A stretch of 64,000 nt of DNA, from NCBI GenBank assembly GCA_022823605.1, contig JAJEHS010000004.1, positions 85,190 through 149,189 of the forward strand, read 5' to 3'. Shown here piece after piece: positions 27,276-37,796 of this stretch. This DNA comes from Paracoccaceae bacterium (GTDB lineage: Bacteria; Pseudomonadota; Alphaproteobacteria; Rhodobacterales; Rhodobacteraceae). The notes beneath the pieces are model-generated. The model saw nothing but the letters and a program-made list of their open reading frames with translations. It ran no database searches and had not been told where the DNA came from. A program made the translations under genes and the position numbers. The first letter of the stretch is position 1; each line of letters begins with the position of its first letter.

Positions 27276-28619
27276 TCAAGCGGCCATCAATACCGCATTT
27301 TCGATTTCATTGGCAATTTCGGTAATTGAATTTATACACTCGCCGGTAACCAACACCCTTACTACAGGTTCTGTTCCAGATTTCCGAACAAAAACCTGAC
27401 CTTTACCGTTAAGTTTCTCAACATTGTTGCTTATGATTTGCTGAACCTTTTCGTCCTTCGTTGGATCACCACCCTTGTAGATCCTTACATTTCGCAAGAT
27501 CTGTGGCACAGGCTTAAATACATTTGCAACCTCGCTTGCCTTCTTACCTGTTTCAACCAGTGCCGAAAGAAATTGAAGGGCTGCAATAATGCCATCACCG
27601 GTTGTCGAATACTTTGAAATAATTATGTGACCTGAGTTTTCACCACCCAAACTAAAATCTCCGGTACGCATCTCCTTGGAAATATTTCGATCCCCTACTG
27701 ATGCTTTGATCAGGGTTATCCCTTTTTCTTCCAAATATTTTTGCAAACCCAGATTCGACATTTTGGTTGCAACAACGGTGTTATTAATGAGTTGGCCCGT
27801 ATCCGCCAGCCTGGTTGCAAACAAAGCTAGTAGTTGATCACCGTCAATTTCCCTACCTCTTTCATCACAAACCAAGATTCTGTCACCATCACCGTCCAGA
27901 GCCAAACCAACATCTGCTCTGGTTTCCTTGATTTTTTCAATCAGCAGAGCCGGGTCGGTTGATCCACAATTCTGGTTGATATTGAAGCCATTGGGAGAAA
28001 CACCTATCGGTACGACTTCAGCACCGAGTTCCCATAAAATTTCAGGTGCAACCTTATATCCGGCACCATTGGCACAATCAATGACAATTCGTAGGCCATT
28101 CAGACGCAAATTCTTGGGAAAGGTTGTTTTGGCAAATTCGATATATCTTCCTAATCCCCCATCAATTCTTTCGGCACGACCGATGTTTTCGGGCAATTCC
28201 AATGGCAAGTCAGTGTCAATCAATTTTTCGATTTGCTTCTCTGCTTCCATGGAAAGTTTATATCCATCGGGGCCAAAAAATTTCATTCCATTATCTTGGA
28301 ATCCATTGTGGGAAGCTGTGATCATCACTCCAAGATCAGCCCGCATCGACTTGGTCAGTAATCCGATAGCGGGGGTAGGTATGGGCCCCAAAAGATGAAC
28401 GTTCATGCCGGTAGCCGTCAATCCGGCAGTCAGGGCATTTTCCAACATGTAACCTGAACGTCTGGTATCCTTGCCGATGACAACCCGGTGCTGGTTATTG
28501 GAGGTTTTACGAAAAAACATTCCTGCTGCCATGCCTACTTTCAAGGTCACTTCTGCAGTCAGGGGAAAGGTATTGGCCTGCCCTCTTATTCCGTCAGTTC
28601 CAAAATAAGAAATACCCAT
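27276..28619 (-). CDS. glmM: phosphoglucosamine mutase
   Basis: YFGTDGIRG. Active-site TASHNGFQDNGMKFF. LDGDGDR. SGTEPVVRV. Confidence 0.93.
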   Translation of the reverse strand: MGISYFGTDGIRGQANTFPLTAEVTLKVGMAAGMFFRKTSNNQHRVVIGKDTRRSGYMLENALTAGLTATGMNVHLLGPIPTPAIGLLTKSMRADLGVMITASHNGFQDNGMKFFGPDGYKLSMEAEKQIEKLIDTDLPLELPENIGRAERIDGGLGRYIEFAKTTFPKNLRLNGLRIVIDCANGAGYKVAPEILWELGAEVVPIGVSPNGFNINQNCGSTDPALLIEKIKETRADVGLALDGDGDRILVCDERGREIDGDQLLALFATRLADTGQLINNTVVATKMSNLGLQKYLEEKGITLIKASVGDRNISKEMRTGDFSLGGENSGHIIISKYSTTGDGIIAALQFLSALVETGKKASEVANVFKPVPQILRNVRIYKGGDPTKDEKVQQIISNNVEKLNGKGQVFVRKSGTEPVVRVLVTGECINSITEIANEIENAVLMAA

Positions 28620-28683
28620 TTTTTTCCTTTTTCAATTTAGCTCATGCCAATTGTACAGGTATTTCATGAGCTATGGAAGGGAA

Positions 28684-29553
28684 TTAATGAGAATAGAAAT
28701 GATGTTCCCCAGCTTTCCCGAGGTATTGAAATTCGGAAACCCAAAACGGTTTTACATGGGATGCATGAAAGTGGGTGGATTCAGCAAAAATCTGTGGATA
28801 TTGACCATTCATGAATTTCAGGGCCATATTTTGAATTTCCAGATAAACCTTTGATTCATGGAATATCTCGGGCTTTCCATCACAATAATAACTGAATTGA
28901 CAACGGGCCTTCTTGACCCCGCCTTGACGGACTACACCACAAATCGTGTTTGGGAAATCGGGTGATTTTACCCTGTTCAAAATGACCTCAGCTACGGCCC
29001 TTTGGCCCTTTAGAGTTTCTCCTCTGGCTTCAAAATATATGGCTTCAACCAAACACCCGAAATCTTTTACAGCCTCCCTTCTCAACTTGGGTGTTCCCAG
29101 GTTAAGAAGGTTTTGTGTCTGTTGTGAAAACAAGGGTACCAGAGGCCTGTTGTAGGGTAAGGCAAACTTGTTTCTGATATCATGATACATTGTGCTGGGA
29201 AAAAATGGGTCTGGCCTTTGTTGAGGCAGGGTAAAATATTCTCTAGCATTTTGATGATTAGTGCCCGGAAAAAAGATTTTTGGCCTTTGCTGGGGTAAAG
29301 CAATCTTGTCGCGTGTAATTTCCGGTATTGGAACTGGAAAGAAGTACTGGAGTTCTGGGCGTATTTCAATATTGGCCACCAAAATCTCACTACCATCCAA
29401 AAATTCGTTTGAGTTTTTTGGTGGTGATGTAACTAATCCAGTATCATGGTCATGAGCCAAAATTGAATATGGGCTAATTACCCCTATACCCAAACCTAGG
29501 AGTATGGTAAAAATGATCTTGGACAATCTTGAAATAATAATTTTATTTAGCAT
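28684..29553 (-). CDS. cell wall hydrolase (SleB / Hydrolase_2 domain) with proline-rich repeats
   Basis: The C-terminal [13 protein letters not shown]...[10 protein letters not shown]...QFSYYCDG matches the SleB-type domain. The N-terminal half carries three (A/T)LPQQRP-type repeats. Confidence 0.8.
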   Translation of the reverse strand: MLNKIIISRLSKIIFTILLGLGIGVISPYSILAHDHDTGLVTSPPKNSNEFLDGSEILVANIEIRPELQYFFPVPIPEITRDKIALPQQRPKIFFPGTNHQNAREYFTLPQQRPDPFFPSTMYHDIRNKFALPYNRPLVPLFSQQTQNLLNLGTPKLRREAVKDFGCLVEAIYFEARGETLKGQRAVAEVILNRVKSPDFPNTICGVVRQGGVKKARCQFSYYCDGKPEIFHESKVYLEIQNMALKFMNGQYPQIFAESTHFHASHVKPFWVSEFQYLGKAGEHHFYSH

Positions 29554-29713
29554 CGTCAGCTTTTCATTTTACAAACAAAAACAAACAACTGCTCAAATTC
29601 CAAGTCTGTACTGATGAACTGATGGCAGATTAATTATACCTCATTCCTGCCAATTTGTTGTTAATTTTTTTCGGTATTTATTTTGTTCGGATTTAATATG
29701 AAAATTTGGATTG

Positions 29714-32212
29714 TCAAGTTTTGCCATTCTTATATTCATCCATAATTACACATTGGGCAGCGGCAAGTTTTGCTATTGGAATTCTGTAAGGAGTGCATGA
29801 TACATAGGAAAAATTTGTTTCGCGACAAAATTGAATTGTGCCCGGATCTGCCGAATGCTCGCCACATATCGACAAGATCAAATCCTTTCTGGCCTTTCTT
29901 CCTCTTTGAACCGCCATGTGTAAAAGCTCACCGACACCATCATGATCTATACTAACAAACGGATCAGCATTCAGGACACCTTTTTTAAGGTATTCATCAA
30001 TTATTCTTGAAGCATCATCCCTGCTGATGCCAAAGGCTAGTTGCGTTAGATCATTGGTACCAAAACTCAGAAAGGAAGATTTTTCGGCAAGGTCCCCAGC
30101 ACGCATTGCTGCGCGGGGTGTTTCTACCATAACACCTATTTTGTATGTAAGTTCAAAACCGGTTTTGTCTTGTACATCCAAAGCAATTGTATCTACCAGA
30201 TCCTTGATCAGTTCAACCTCGCGATTGGCAGAGACCAAGGGAATCATGATTTCCGGATTTGCTTGCAAACCCGAACTTTCTACTTCAGCAGCAGCTTCAA
30301 ATATGGCTCTGGCCTGCATTTCATAAATTTCAGGCATTGTTATACCCAATCTTACCCCTCGCATTCCAAGCATGGGATTAAATTCCCTTAATTCATCCAT
30401 CCTCGTGTAAATCTGACTTACAGGTAAATCCAATGCATCGGCCAACTCACGAATTTCTTCCTGATCCCGAGGCAGGAATTCATGAAGCGGGGGATCCAGC
30501 AGTCTGATACAAACTGGATAACCGGCCATTTGTACAAAAAGGTCTTTGAAGTCTCCCTTTTGCATTACCAAAAGATCCTTCAGTACTTCCCTTCGATCTT
30601 CAGTAGAATCCCTGAAAATCATTTCTCGCATCACGGTCAATCGGGATTCTGCAAAAAACATATGTTCAGTTCGGCACAACCCAATTCCTTCAGCCCTGAA
30701 ACCCTTGGCGACTGCAACTTCATCCAAAGTATCGGCATTTGCCCTAACCCCAATATCCCTGATCTCATCTGACCATTTCAGAAAAGTATCAAAATCGGTA
30801 TCCAGACTTGGCCTAACTTTTGGAACCAACCCCTCTATAACTATCCCATCGGAACCATCAATCGTTATGTGATCACCCTCACTCAATATTGTTCCACTCT
30901 TTGACACCAAGGTTTTTTCCTTGGGATCGAACTCCAGATCAGTTGCTGCCGCAACGCAGGGGACACCCAAACTCCTCGCAATAACCGCTGCATGACTGGT
31001 AAGTCCACCACGTCCAGTCAGAACACCCTTGGCAGTATACATCCCCTTAATATCTTCAGGTCCCGTTTCGGGTCGAACTAGAATACATGATTGTTCCTTG
31101 ATGGCCATTTCCTCAGCGGCTCTTGAGGAAAAGACTATAACTCCTGAGGCAGCTCCAGGGCTGGCAGCGATTCCTCTGGATAATATTCTTTCGTGGTCGA
31201 AATCACCCAATTGTGTGTGGATAGCTCGAGAAAGGCTTTCCGGATCAATCCTCATCAAGGCATCCGATTTATTTATTATATTATCCTCAACCAATTTGAC
31301 CGCTACCTTTATTTCAGAGTTAACGGTTCTGGTAGGGATTTTGTAATCTAGAATGACCGGTTGGTTGTTTTCAGCAACAAATAAAAGTTCGAATTCATCC
31401 TTTAATTTGCTACGAAGGGTTGTGTGGTATTTATTTAAGGTATCTCGTACCTCGTCTGTAGTGTCTAGTTTAATCTGATTCTTGCCAAGTGATACAATAT
31501 CGAAATAACTGATTTCATGCCTGCATTCACAATTGCTCATGGTATGCATAAGACTTTTGCCAACCTTGAGTGCTCCATTTCCACTCTGATAGACCATTTC
31601 CTGGATGATTAGTCCAAGACCGGAATCCTCGGGTGCATCCTGGGCTCTTCTAAGCATTCTTGCGGTTGTGCCTTCCCAAATTCTGGCCATGGACCTGATA
31701 CAGTGATACAGCTGTTCCCTGGGATCCTGTGTGAATTCCTCATCCATTTCAGATTGATAAAAATCCAAGGCATACTTGATTTTTTCAGCTTGTGGAATTT
31801 TTCTTCCCTGAATTTCTTCAAATTCTTCAGGATCAAGCCTGAACACCCTAACTGAATAATCAACTATAAAATTCAGGTAGTTTAATTCTGCTACCTCTTG
31901 ACCCAGATTAGTAACATTTTTTTGGAATGAGCGTTTATTCATACCCACATTCAAGATCGTCTGTAATCCTCCCCATTCAACATGCTGGGCACTTGGCCTG
32001 ATGGCAAGCAAGGAATCTGCCGGAAAGTGAGAAAGCAATTCATCTGTATTCAGAATTGAACCTTGTGCTACAGACCTGACCGTTTGTATCGGTAAAACGA
32101 CTGATCTGGGGATCGATATACCCATTCGTGGCAGTTTGGATAATTTCGAAGCCTTGCCACCAAACTCATCCCGGTTCAGTATATTGCCATTTTCGATCAG
32201 AGAATAATGCAT
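29714..32212 (-). CDS. ppdK: pyruvate, phosphate dikinase-like enzyme (divergent, shortened nucleotide-binding domain)
   Basis: Phospho-histidine loop GRGGLTSHAAVIARSLG. PEP/pyruvate domain GIGLCRTEHMF, FSFGTNDLTQ and ICGEHSADP. The N-terminal domain retains GGKASKL and LQTILNVG but lacks the canonical NAQGEDVVAGIRTP stretch. Confidence 0.8.
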   Translation of the reverse strand: MHYSLIENGNILNRDEFGGKASKLSKLPRMGISIPRSVVLPIQTVRSVAQGSILNTDELLSHFPADSLLAIRPSAQHVEWGGLQTILNVGMNKRSFQKNVTNLGQEVAELNYLNFIVDYSVRVFRLDPEEFEEIQGRKIPQAEKIKYALDFYQSEMDEEFTQDPREQLYHCIRSMARIWEGTTARMLRRAQDAPEDSGLGLIIQEMVYQSGNGALKVGKSLMHTMSNCECRHEISYFDIVSLGKNQIKLDTTDEVRDTLNKYHTTLRSKLKDEFELLFVAENNQPVILDYKIPTRTVNSEIKVAVKLVEDNIINKSDALMRIDPESLSRAIHTQLGDFDHERILSRGIAASPGAASGVIVFSSRAAEEMAIKEQSCILVRPETGPEDIKGMYTAKGVLTGRGGLTSHAAVIARSLGVPCVAAATDLEFDPKEKTLVSKSGTILSEGDHITIDGSDGIVIEGLVPKVRPSLDTDFDTFLKWSDEIRDIGVRANADTLDEVAVAKGFRAEGIGLCRTEHMFFAESRLTVMREMIFRDSTEDRREVLKDLLVMQKGDFKDLFVQMAGYPVCIRLLDPPLHEFLPRDQEEIRELADALDLPVSQIYTRMDELREFNPMLGMRGVRLGITMPEIYEMQARAIFEAAAEVESSGLQANPEIMIPLVSANREVELIKDLVDTIALDVQDKTGFELTYKIGVMVETPRAAMRAGDLAEKSSFLSFGTNDLTQLAFGISRDDASRIIDEYLKKGVLNADPFVSIDHDGVGELLHMAVQRGRKARKDLILSICGEHSADPGTIQFCRETNFSYVSCTPYRIPIAKLAAAQCVIMDEYKNGKT

Positions 32213-32269
32213 AATCAATAGTACGATAATTGCTTACTGAAATTTTAAAAAACAATAACCCCTAATCCA

Positions 32270-34417
32270 TCAGAGGTTTGCTATCAAATTCAAATCAAAA
32301 TCGCTGGCTAACATATTACGTATATTAGCTAGCAGATTCAGCCTGTTATTTTTTACCTTCCGGTCATCTACATCAATCATGACGTTATCAAAATAACTAT
32401 CAATTTCGGCTCTCAATTTAGATACTTCTTGAAGTTTGCCCAGGAAATCATCCACCTCTTTTCTTGAAACCATGTCCAATGTCAGGCTGTATTTCTCAAA
32501 CAAGGAGATTTCATGCGAAGAACTGAACAAGCTTGGATCCAGAACTGAAGCAATTTCCGATGGTTTGTCATGCTTGTCAGAATCAAGGGAAAGAAGTATT
32601 TTTGAAATTCTCTTGTCCAGATGTAAAAGATTTGTTCCGGAGGTTGTTGGCAAAAATGATTTCAATGCTTCAATTCTGTTGAAAATACTGAATAAATCGT
32701 CATTTCTTGGAACAAAAATGCATGCATCTACAATCTCTGAATCATATCCCTGTTCAACAAGATAAATTGAATACCTTCGTAAAATGAAATTTATTATATC
32801 CTCAATAGTTTTTTCCTTTTCTTCAGTATTGGTTTTCAATTCAATTCGAGAGTTTGAATCAGATTGATTCTCAACACGAAAATGTTCTTCCACAGAAAAA
32901 GTAATGATGTTACGTAATCCAAATCCGTTGATTTTGTTATCAAGGATCAAGCGAATTGTACCCAAGGCAGCTCTTCTCAAAGCATTGGGGTCACCCAATC
33001 CTGTTGGAATTTCCTTACGTAGAAAAAATCCCACCAGGTGATTGATCCTGTCAGCTAGCCCAACCGTAATGCTTATCGGGTTTTCAGGAACAATGTCTGA
33101 AACTTTGGCAGGTAGGTAATGATCCTCGATGGCTTCACAAATTCGAGGTTCTATGCCTCTGCTTAATCCATAATATTTACCCATTACTCCCTGCAATTCA
33201 GGAAATTCCCTTACCATATTAGTAACGAGATCAAATTTGGATAAACGTGCTGCTAGACTAGCATCTTTTTCTTTAACCGAAAAAATCGGTGCAATCCTCT
33301 TTGCTAGGCTGTCTATTCTTTCGACACGGTCTTTCTGGGTACCCAAACCAAAACTATAACGGACTTTGGTCAAGGCCTCAGTCATTTCAACCAAGTTTGA
33401 TGGCAACGAATTCAGGTCTTCATTCAGGAAAAATTGTGCATCTGAAAGCCGTGAGGCCAGAACCCTTTGGTTTCCTTTGATAATGGACTTGCCTCCATCA
33501 AGAGCCAAAAAATTTGCAACGGCATAGAAATTGGTGATTTTACCCTTATTGGTATTCCTTACGGAAAGGTACTTTTGGTGAACCTTAATGGTTGTTTTAA
33601 GGACCTCTTCAGGCAGGCTTTGAAATGATTCCTCGATTTCGCCAATGATTGGAACTGGCCATTCAACTAGTCCGACAATTTCTTCCAGCAGTTCTTCATC
33701 ATGTACCAGTTCAAGGTTTGAATAATCCTTGTTAATCGCGCTTTGAATTGACCCTAATATTCTATCCTTACGAGAATTGGGATCTATATCTACAAACGCA
33801 TTCAACAATTTACTTCGATAATCTGGGAAAGAGTCTATTGATAACTCACCTGAAGCCATGAACCTGTGTCCATAGGTAGTATCACCTGCCTGCAACCCTG
33901 CAAATTGGAATGGAACGATTTCCGTTTTTTCTTTATCAAACAAGATGCCGAGTAGTGATTGTATGGGTCGAACCCATTTGGTTCTGCCTGACCCCCAAAA
34001 CATCGATTTGGGTAATGACATTCTTGCCAAGGCGGAACTGATTGACTTCTGGAGAATTTCATTGACGATCGAACCAGGAACGACCTCTGTCAGAAAATAG
34101 TATTCAGTCTTTCCAGCAATTCTGGTTTCCAGATCATCAAAATTTCTATTTTGGGATTTCAAAAACCCACTGACAGCCCTTTCAGGAGCACCTACCCTTG
34201 GACCTCTTGTTTCAATAGTTTGTTGAGTACTCTGCCATGGTAAATCCTCGATGAGCAGGATGGTTCTTTGGGGTGTGGAATAACTAGTGGCCTGACCAAA
34301 CTCCAACTTAAGTTCTTTGAGTTCGTCCATAACCCGGGATTTTAGCTGTTCTCCCAGCGGTTTTTGCATACTTGAAGGAATTTCTTCCGTATAAATCTCG
34401 AGTAATAAATCAGGCAT
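32270..34417 (-). CDS. glyS: glycine--tRNA ligase beta subunit
   Basis: MPDLLLEIYTEEIP N-terminus. About 715 aa. Directly downstream of glyQ. Confidence 0.92.
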   Translation of the reverse strand: MPDLLLEIYTEEIPSSMQKPLGEQLKSRVMDELKELKLEFGQATSYSTPQRTILLIEDLPWQSTQQTIETRGPRVGAPERAVSGFLKSQNRNFDDLETRIAGKTEYYFLTEVVPGSIVNEILQKSISSALARMSLPKSMFWGSGRTKWVRPIQSLLGILFDKEKTEIVPFQFAGLQAGDTTYGHRFMASGELSIDSFPDYRSKLLNAFVDIDPNSRKDRILGSIQSAINKDYSNLELVHDEELLEEIVGLVEWPVPIIGEIEESFQSLPEEVLKTTIKVHQKYLSVRNTNKGKITNFYAVANFLALDGGKSIIKGNQRVLASRLSDAQFFLNEDLNSLPSNLVEMTEALTKVRYSFGLGTQKDRVERIDSLAKRIAPIFSVKEKDASLAARLSKFDLVTNMVREFPELQGVMGKYYGLSRGIEPRICEAIEDHYLPAKVSDIVPENPISITVGLADRINHLVGFFLRKEIPTGLGDPNALRRAALGTIRLILDNKINGFGLRNIITFSVEEHFRVENQSDSNSRIELKTNTEEKEKTIEDIINFILRRYSIYLVEQGYDSEIVDACIFVPRNDDLFSIFNRIEALKSFLPTTSGTNLLHLDKRISKILLSLDSDKHDKPSEIASVLDPSLFSSSHEISLFEKYSLTLDMVSRKEVDDFLGKLQEVSKLRAEIDSYFDNVMIDVDDRKVKNNRLNLLANIRNMLASDFDLNLIANL

Positions 34418-34427
34418 TATTTCAATA

Positions 34428-35375
34428 TTATTCCATGTCAGGATTTGTGGGACATTCCTCTAATTCTGATGCTAGAAATGCCTCACCACATTGTTTTGCC
34501 AAGGCTCGAACCCTTCCTATCATTGCAGCCCTTTCAATTGGGGAAATCACTCCCCTAGCATCCAAAAGATTGAAGAGGTGCGAGGCTTTGATGCATTGAT
34601 CATAGGCCGGATGTACCATCAGATTCTTACGTCCTAGTTTTGCATCTATCTCTGGCTGGGATAGTATCTCTTTGCAAGCGGTTTCGGCGTTTTCAAAATG
34701 CCTATGAGTCATTTCAACATCACAGGCATCAAAATTCCACCTTGAATATTCGGCTTCCAATCGTTTGAATACATCACCATAGGTTTTTGAAAATGCTGCT
34801 CCTTGCCGGTTGAATGGCATGTCCATTACATGGTCAACTCCAAGTACATACATGGCCAACCTTTCCAATCCATAGGTTAATTCTCCTGAAACTGGATTGC
34901 ATTCAATTCCGCACACCTGTTGAAAATAGGTAAATTGGGAAATTTCCATGCCATCACACCAGACTTCCCATCCCAATCCTGAGGCTCCCAGTGTCGGACT
35001 TTCCCAGTCATCTTCAACAAAGCGGATATCATGATACCTCTTGTCTATTCCTATGGCTTCCAACGATTTCAGATAAACTTCCTGAAAATCACTTGGAGAT
35101 GGCTTCAGAATAACCTGGTATTGGTAATAATGCTGGAGTCTGTTTGGATTATCGCCATACCTCCCATCGGTAGGCCTTCGGCAAGGCTGTACATAGGCAG
35201 CACTCCATGGGTTGGGTCCCAAGGATCTCAATGTCGTGGCTGGATGAAAAGTACCTGCACCAACTTCCATATCATAGGGCTGTAATATCAGACACCCATA
35301 ATCCGCCCAATAATTCTGAAGGTTCAGAATTACTTCCTGAAAACATTCTGGTTTGACGACATTCTTGGTTTTCAT
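34428..35375 (-). CDS. glyQ: glycine--tRNA ligase alpha subunit
   Basis: [45 protein letters not shown] and [18 protein letters not shown]. Confidence 0.95.
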   Translation of the reverse strand: MKTKNVVKPECFQEVILNLQNYWADYGCLILQPYDMEVGAGTFHPATTLRSLGPNPWSAAYVQPCRRPTDGRYGDNPNRLQHYYQYQVILKPSPSDFQEVYLKSLEAIGIDKRYHDIRFVEDDWESPTLGASGLGWEVWCDGMEISQFTYFQQVCGIECNPVSGELTYGLERLAMYVLGVDHVMDMPFNRQGAAFSKTYGDVFKRLEAEYSRWNFDACDVEMTHRHFENAETACKEILSQPEIDAKLGRKNLMVHPAYDQCIKASHLFNLLDARGVISPIERAAMIGRVRALAKQCGEAFLASELEECPTNPDME

Positions 35376-35757
35376 TTTGGGACTTTGAAAAAACTTAACT
35401 GTGGATAAATTTGATTTCTAGTTGGTATTCAAGTTCATGGAAATCAATGAAAATATTTAAATCAGCCATATCAAGGTTTCAAAGGGTACTCGACTGGCCA
35501 GCAATGATCACGATTAAATTTGCAACCCAGAATGGATAGAAATAGCAAATTGAGAATTATTTCACCTAGAGAAAATTGATTTTATTATTTTTTTCAGTTC
35601 AGCCAGTTACAGTTAAACTTGAATTGCTTGATAGTATACTGATTTTCGGTTATCAAAAATACACATCATGTTGATTCTGCCTTACTGCTCTAGTTGCAAT
35701 TTTAATAATCGGATCATCAAGACAATTTAAAATGCATATAAATACCATTATAGTAAA

Positions 35758-37761
35758 GTGAGAAACAAAAATAACGACAAAGTGGGCATAATTTTTCTAC
35801 CAATGACACTAATAAAATCACACTTAATAACAGCTAGTTTGACAATTTTCCTTGGCTTTGTTTTTGTCTCGAGCGGATTGTCGCAAGAAAAAAACACCTG
35901 GATAGAACTCTCGGTTACAGAAGGTTATATTGAGGCCTTGGCAACAGCAAATGTGCTTGGCCAGGAAATTGATTCAGTAGGTATTGTTGATACTTATGAA
36001 GACACGTACGCAGTTGTTAGTGGCCCCTTTGATCTCACTACAGCGCGAGAAAGGCTGGAACTGATTTATGTTAGCTCATATGGTGATAGTTTACAGTTAA
36101 GGATAGTTGATGGATCGCAATATAATAGTTTGCTGTGGTTAAAGGACACTCCTGTTGAGGAACTCGAGCAGGACTTGAATGCCTCTTTAGAAGATGACAA
36201 TCTTGATGAATTTGATTTTTCCACTTCGGATTCGAATGACAATGAGGCTGATTTAGTAGTGGAAGAGGATGATGTTTCTGGTGGAAACCCACCTGAAACC
36301 TTGACAAACAGCACTGAAGAAACGAATAGCCAAGAAAATAATGAGGTTGTAACCGAAATCGTTCAGAGGGAAGAAAATTTACTCGATGAGGGCACTACAA
36401 ATGATGTTACTGCAGACCTTGAATTGGTAGTCGAAAAAGAACCCTCTCCCCCAATTCCATTAACCGAAGAATTGGAATTCTCAGAAATAAACCAGAAAAA
36501 GCAAATTCAATTGGCTCTTCGCATAATTGGTTTATATGACGGGAAGGTTGATGGTATTATAGGTCCACAATCGGAGGCAGCAGTATCACTTTACCAAAGA
36601 AGATTGGGAGAAGAAGAAACAGGTACCCTGACCCTTGATCAGCGGTTAAGCCTGTTTTCGGATTCTGAAAAAGTCATTGGTTTCGCAGATTCCAGAATGC
36701 TAACGGATAGAAACTTTGGTCTCAAGGTGATTTTACCAACAAGCCTGTTGGAATTATCTGAAATCAGTTATCCATATGCCGTGCTAACACCAACTACTTT
36801 TCGTGACATAAATGTTGTATTAATCAGCATGGAAGGTGGTAAGGACGGCCTAAGGGCACTTTTCGAGGGTATCTTGAGGAATGGTGAAATCCCCAAGGCA
36901 GGCCAAAAAATAAATAATGGCAGTTTTGAAATCTCATATTCTGACTTCAAGAAAAATGTAGTCGCCAGTGCCAAGCTGTTTGGAGATAGGATCAGAGGTG
37001 TAATTGTGACCTGGAATCCGGATCAGGATTATTGGATGAATGATTATTCCCAAATCATTGCCAGCAGTATCGGTGAGTTCAACAGCAAGACCCTGGTCCA
37101 GGCTGAAAATACAGAACCCATTGAAAGTAGCTTGCAAATCCTTAACCGGAACAACATTCAAGAGCCAAGATCGAGTGCTTCCGGATTTTATATATCACCG
37201 AATGGAGACATACTGACAAGTTTGGAAAATGTAGATGGTTGTAATTACATTACGGCAGATTTCAAACACCCGGTGGAAATTCGACGAATTTACGAAGACT
37301 ACGATCTGGCTCACCTGGTACCAGTAGATACCATTACTCCTCTCAATTATGCAGAACTCAAGGAAAACCAGCTATCTTATCTAGACAGAATAATCCTGAG
37401 TGGATATTCCTTTGGCGGTTTGGTGAAGGAATCATCAATAACCATAGGGTCATTGTCGAATGTTTTTGAAAATTCCAACGGCATGGTAAATTATATTGTT
37501 GAAATGGAATCGACCGAAGGGGATTTTGGAGGCCCCATATTGGATGAAACAGGGACCGTCATAGGGGTATTGACTAGATCAGTACCAAAAGGGAAAATTC
37601 TTCCATCCGGTATCCATTCAATACAACCATCAGCAACCGTACTTGAACTTTTGAAGGGTGAAGGGTTGGAACCGAGCACTAGTACCCAAACTGAACCCTT
37701 GGAATTTCGACAACTGAACAGAGTTGCCCGGGATATTACTGTCTTGGTCAGGTGTTTCTAA
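35758..37761 (+). CDS. secreted peptidoglycan-binding protein with a C-terminal trypsin-fold domain lacking two catalytic residues (predicted pseudo-protease)
   Basis: Signal-like MTLIKSHLITASLTIFLGFVFVSSG (alternative start ATG 35803). PG_binding_1-like IQLALRIIGLYDGKVDGIIGPQSEAAVSLYQRRLG. Trypsin-like block ASGFYISPNGDILTSLENVDGC ... YDLAHLV ... GDFGGPILDETGTVIGVL. Confidence 0.7.
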   Translation: MRNKNNDKVGIIFLPMTLIKSHLITASLTIFLGFVFVSSGLSQEKNTWIELSVTEGYIEALATANVLGQEIDSVGIVDTYEDTYAVVSGPFDLTTARERLELIYVSSYGDSLQLRIVDGSQYNSLLWLKDTPVEELEQDLNASLEDDNLDEFDFSTSDSNDNEADLVVEEDDVSGGNPPETLTNSTEETNSQENNEVVTEIVQREENLLDEGTTNDVTADLELVVEKEPSPPIPLTEELEFSEINQKKQIQLALRIIGLYDGKVDGIIGPQSEAAVSLYQRRLGEEETGTLTLDQRLSLFSDSEKVIGFADSRMLTDRNFGLKVILPTSLLELSEISYPYAVLTPTTFRDINVVLISMEGGKDGLRALFEGILRNGEIPKAGQKINNGSFEISYSDFKKNVVASAKLFGDRIRGVIVTWNPDQDYWMNDYSQIIASSIGEFNSKTLVQAENTEPIESSLQILNRNNIQEPRSSASGFYISPNGDILTSLENVDGCNYITADFKHPVEIRRIYEDYDLAHLVPVDTITPLNYAELKENQLSYLDRIILSGYSFGGLVKESSITIGSLSNVFENSNGMVNYIVEMESTEGDFGGPILDETGTVIGVLTRSVPKGKILPSGIHSIQPSATVLELLKGEGLEPSTSTQTEPLEFRQLNRVARDITVLVRCF

Positions 37762-37796
37762 TTTGCTACTGAATTGCCTAAGATAATTGAAACAAG

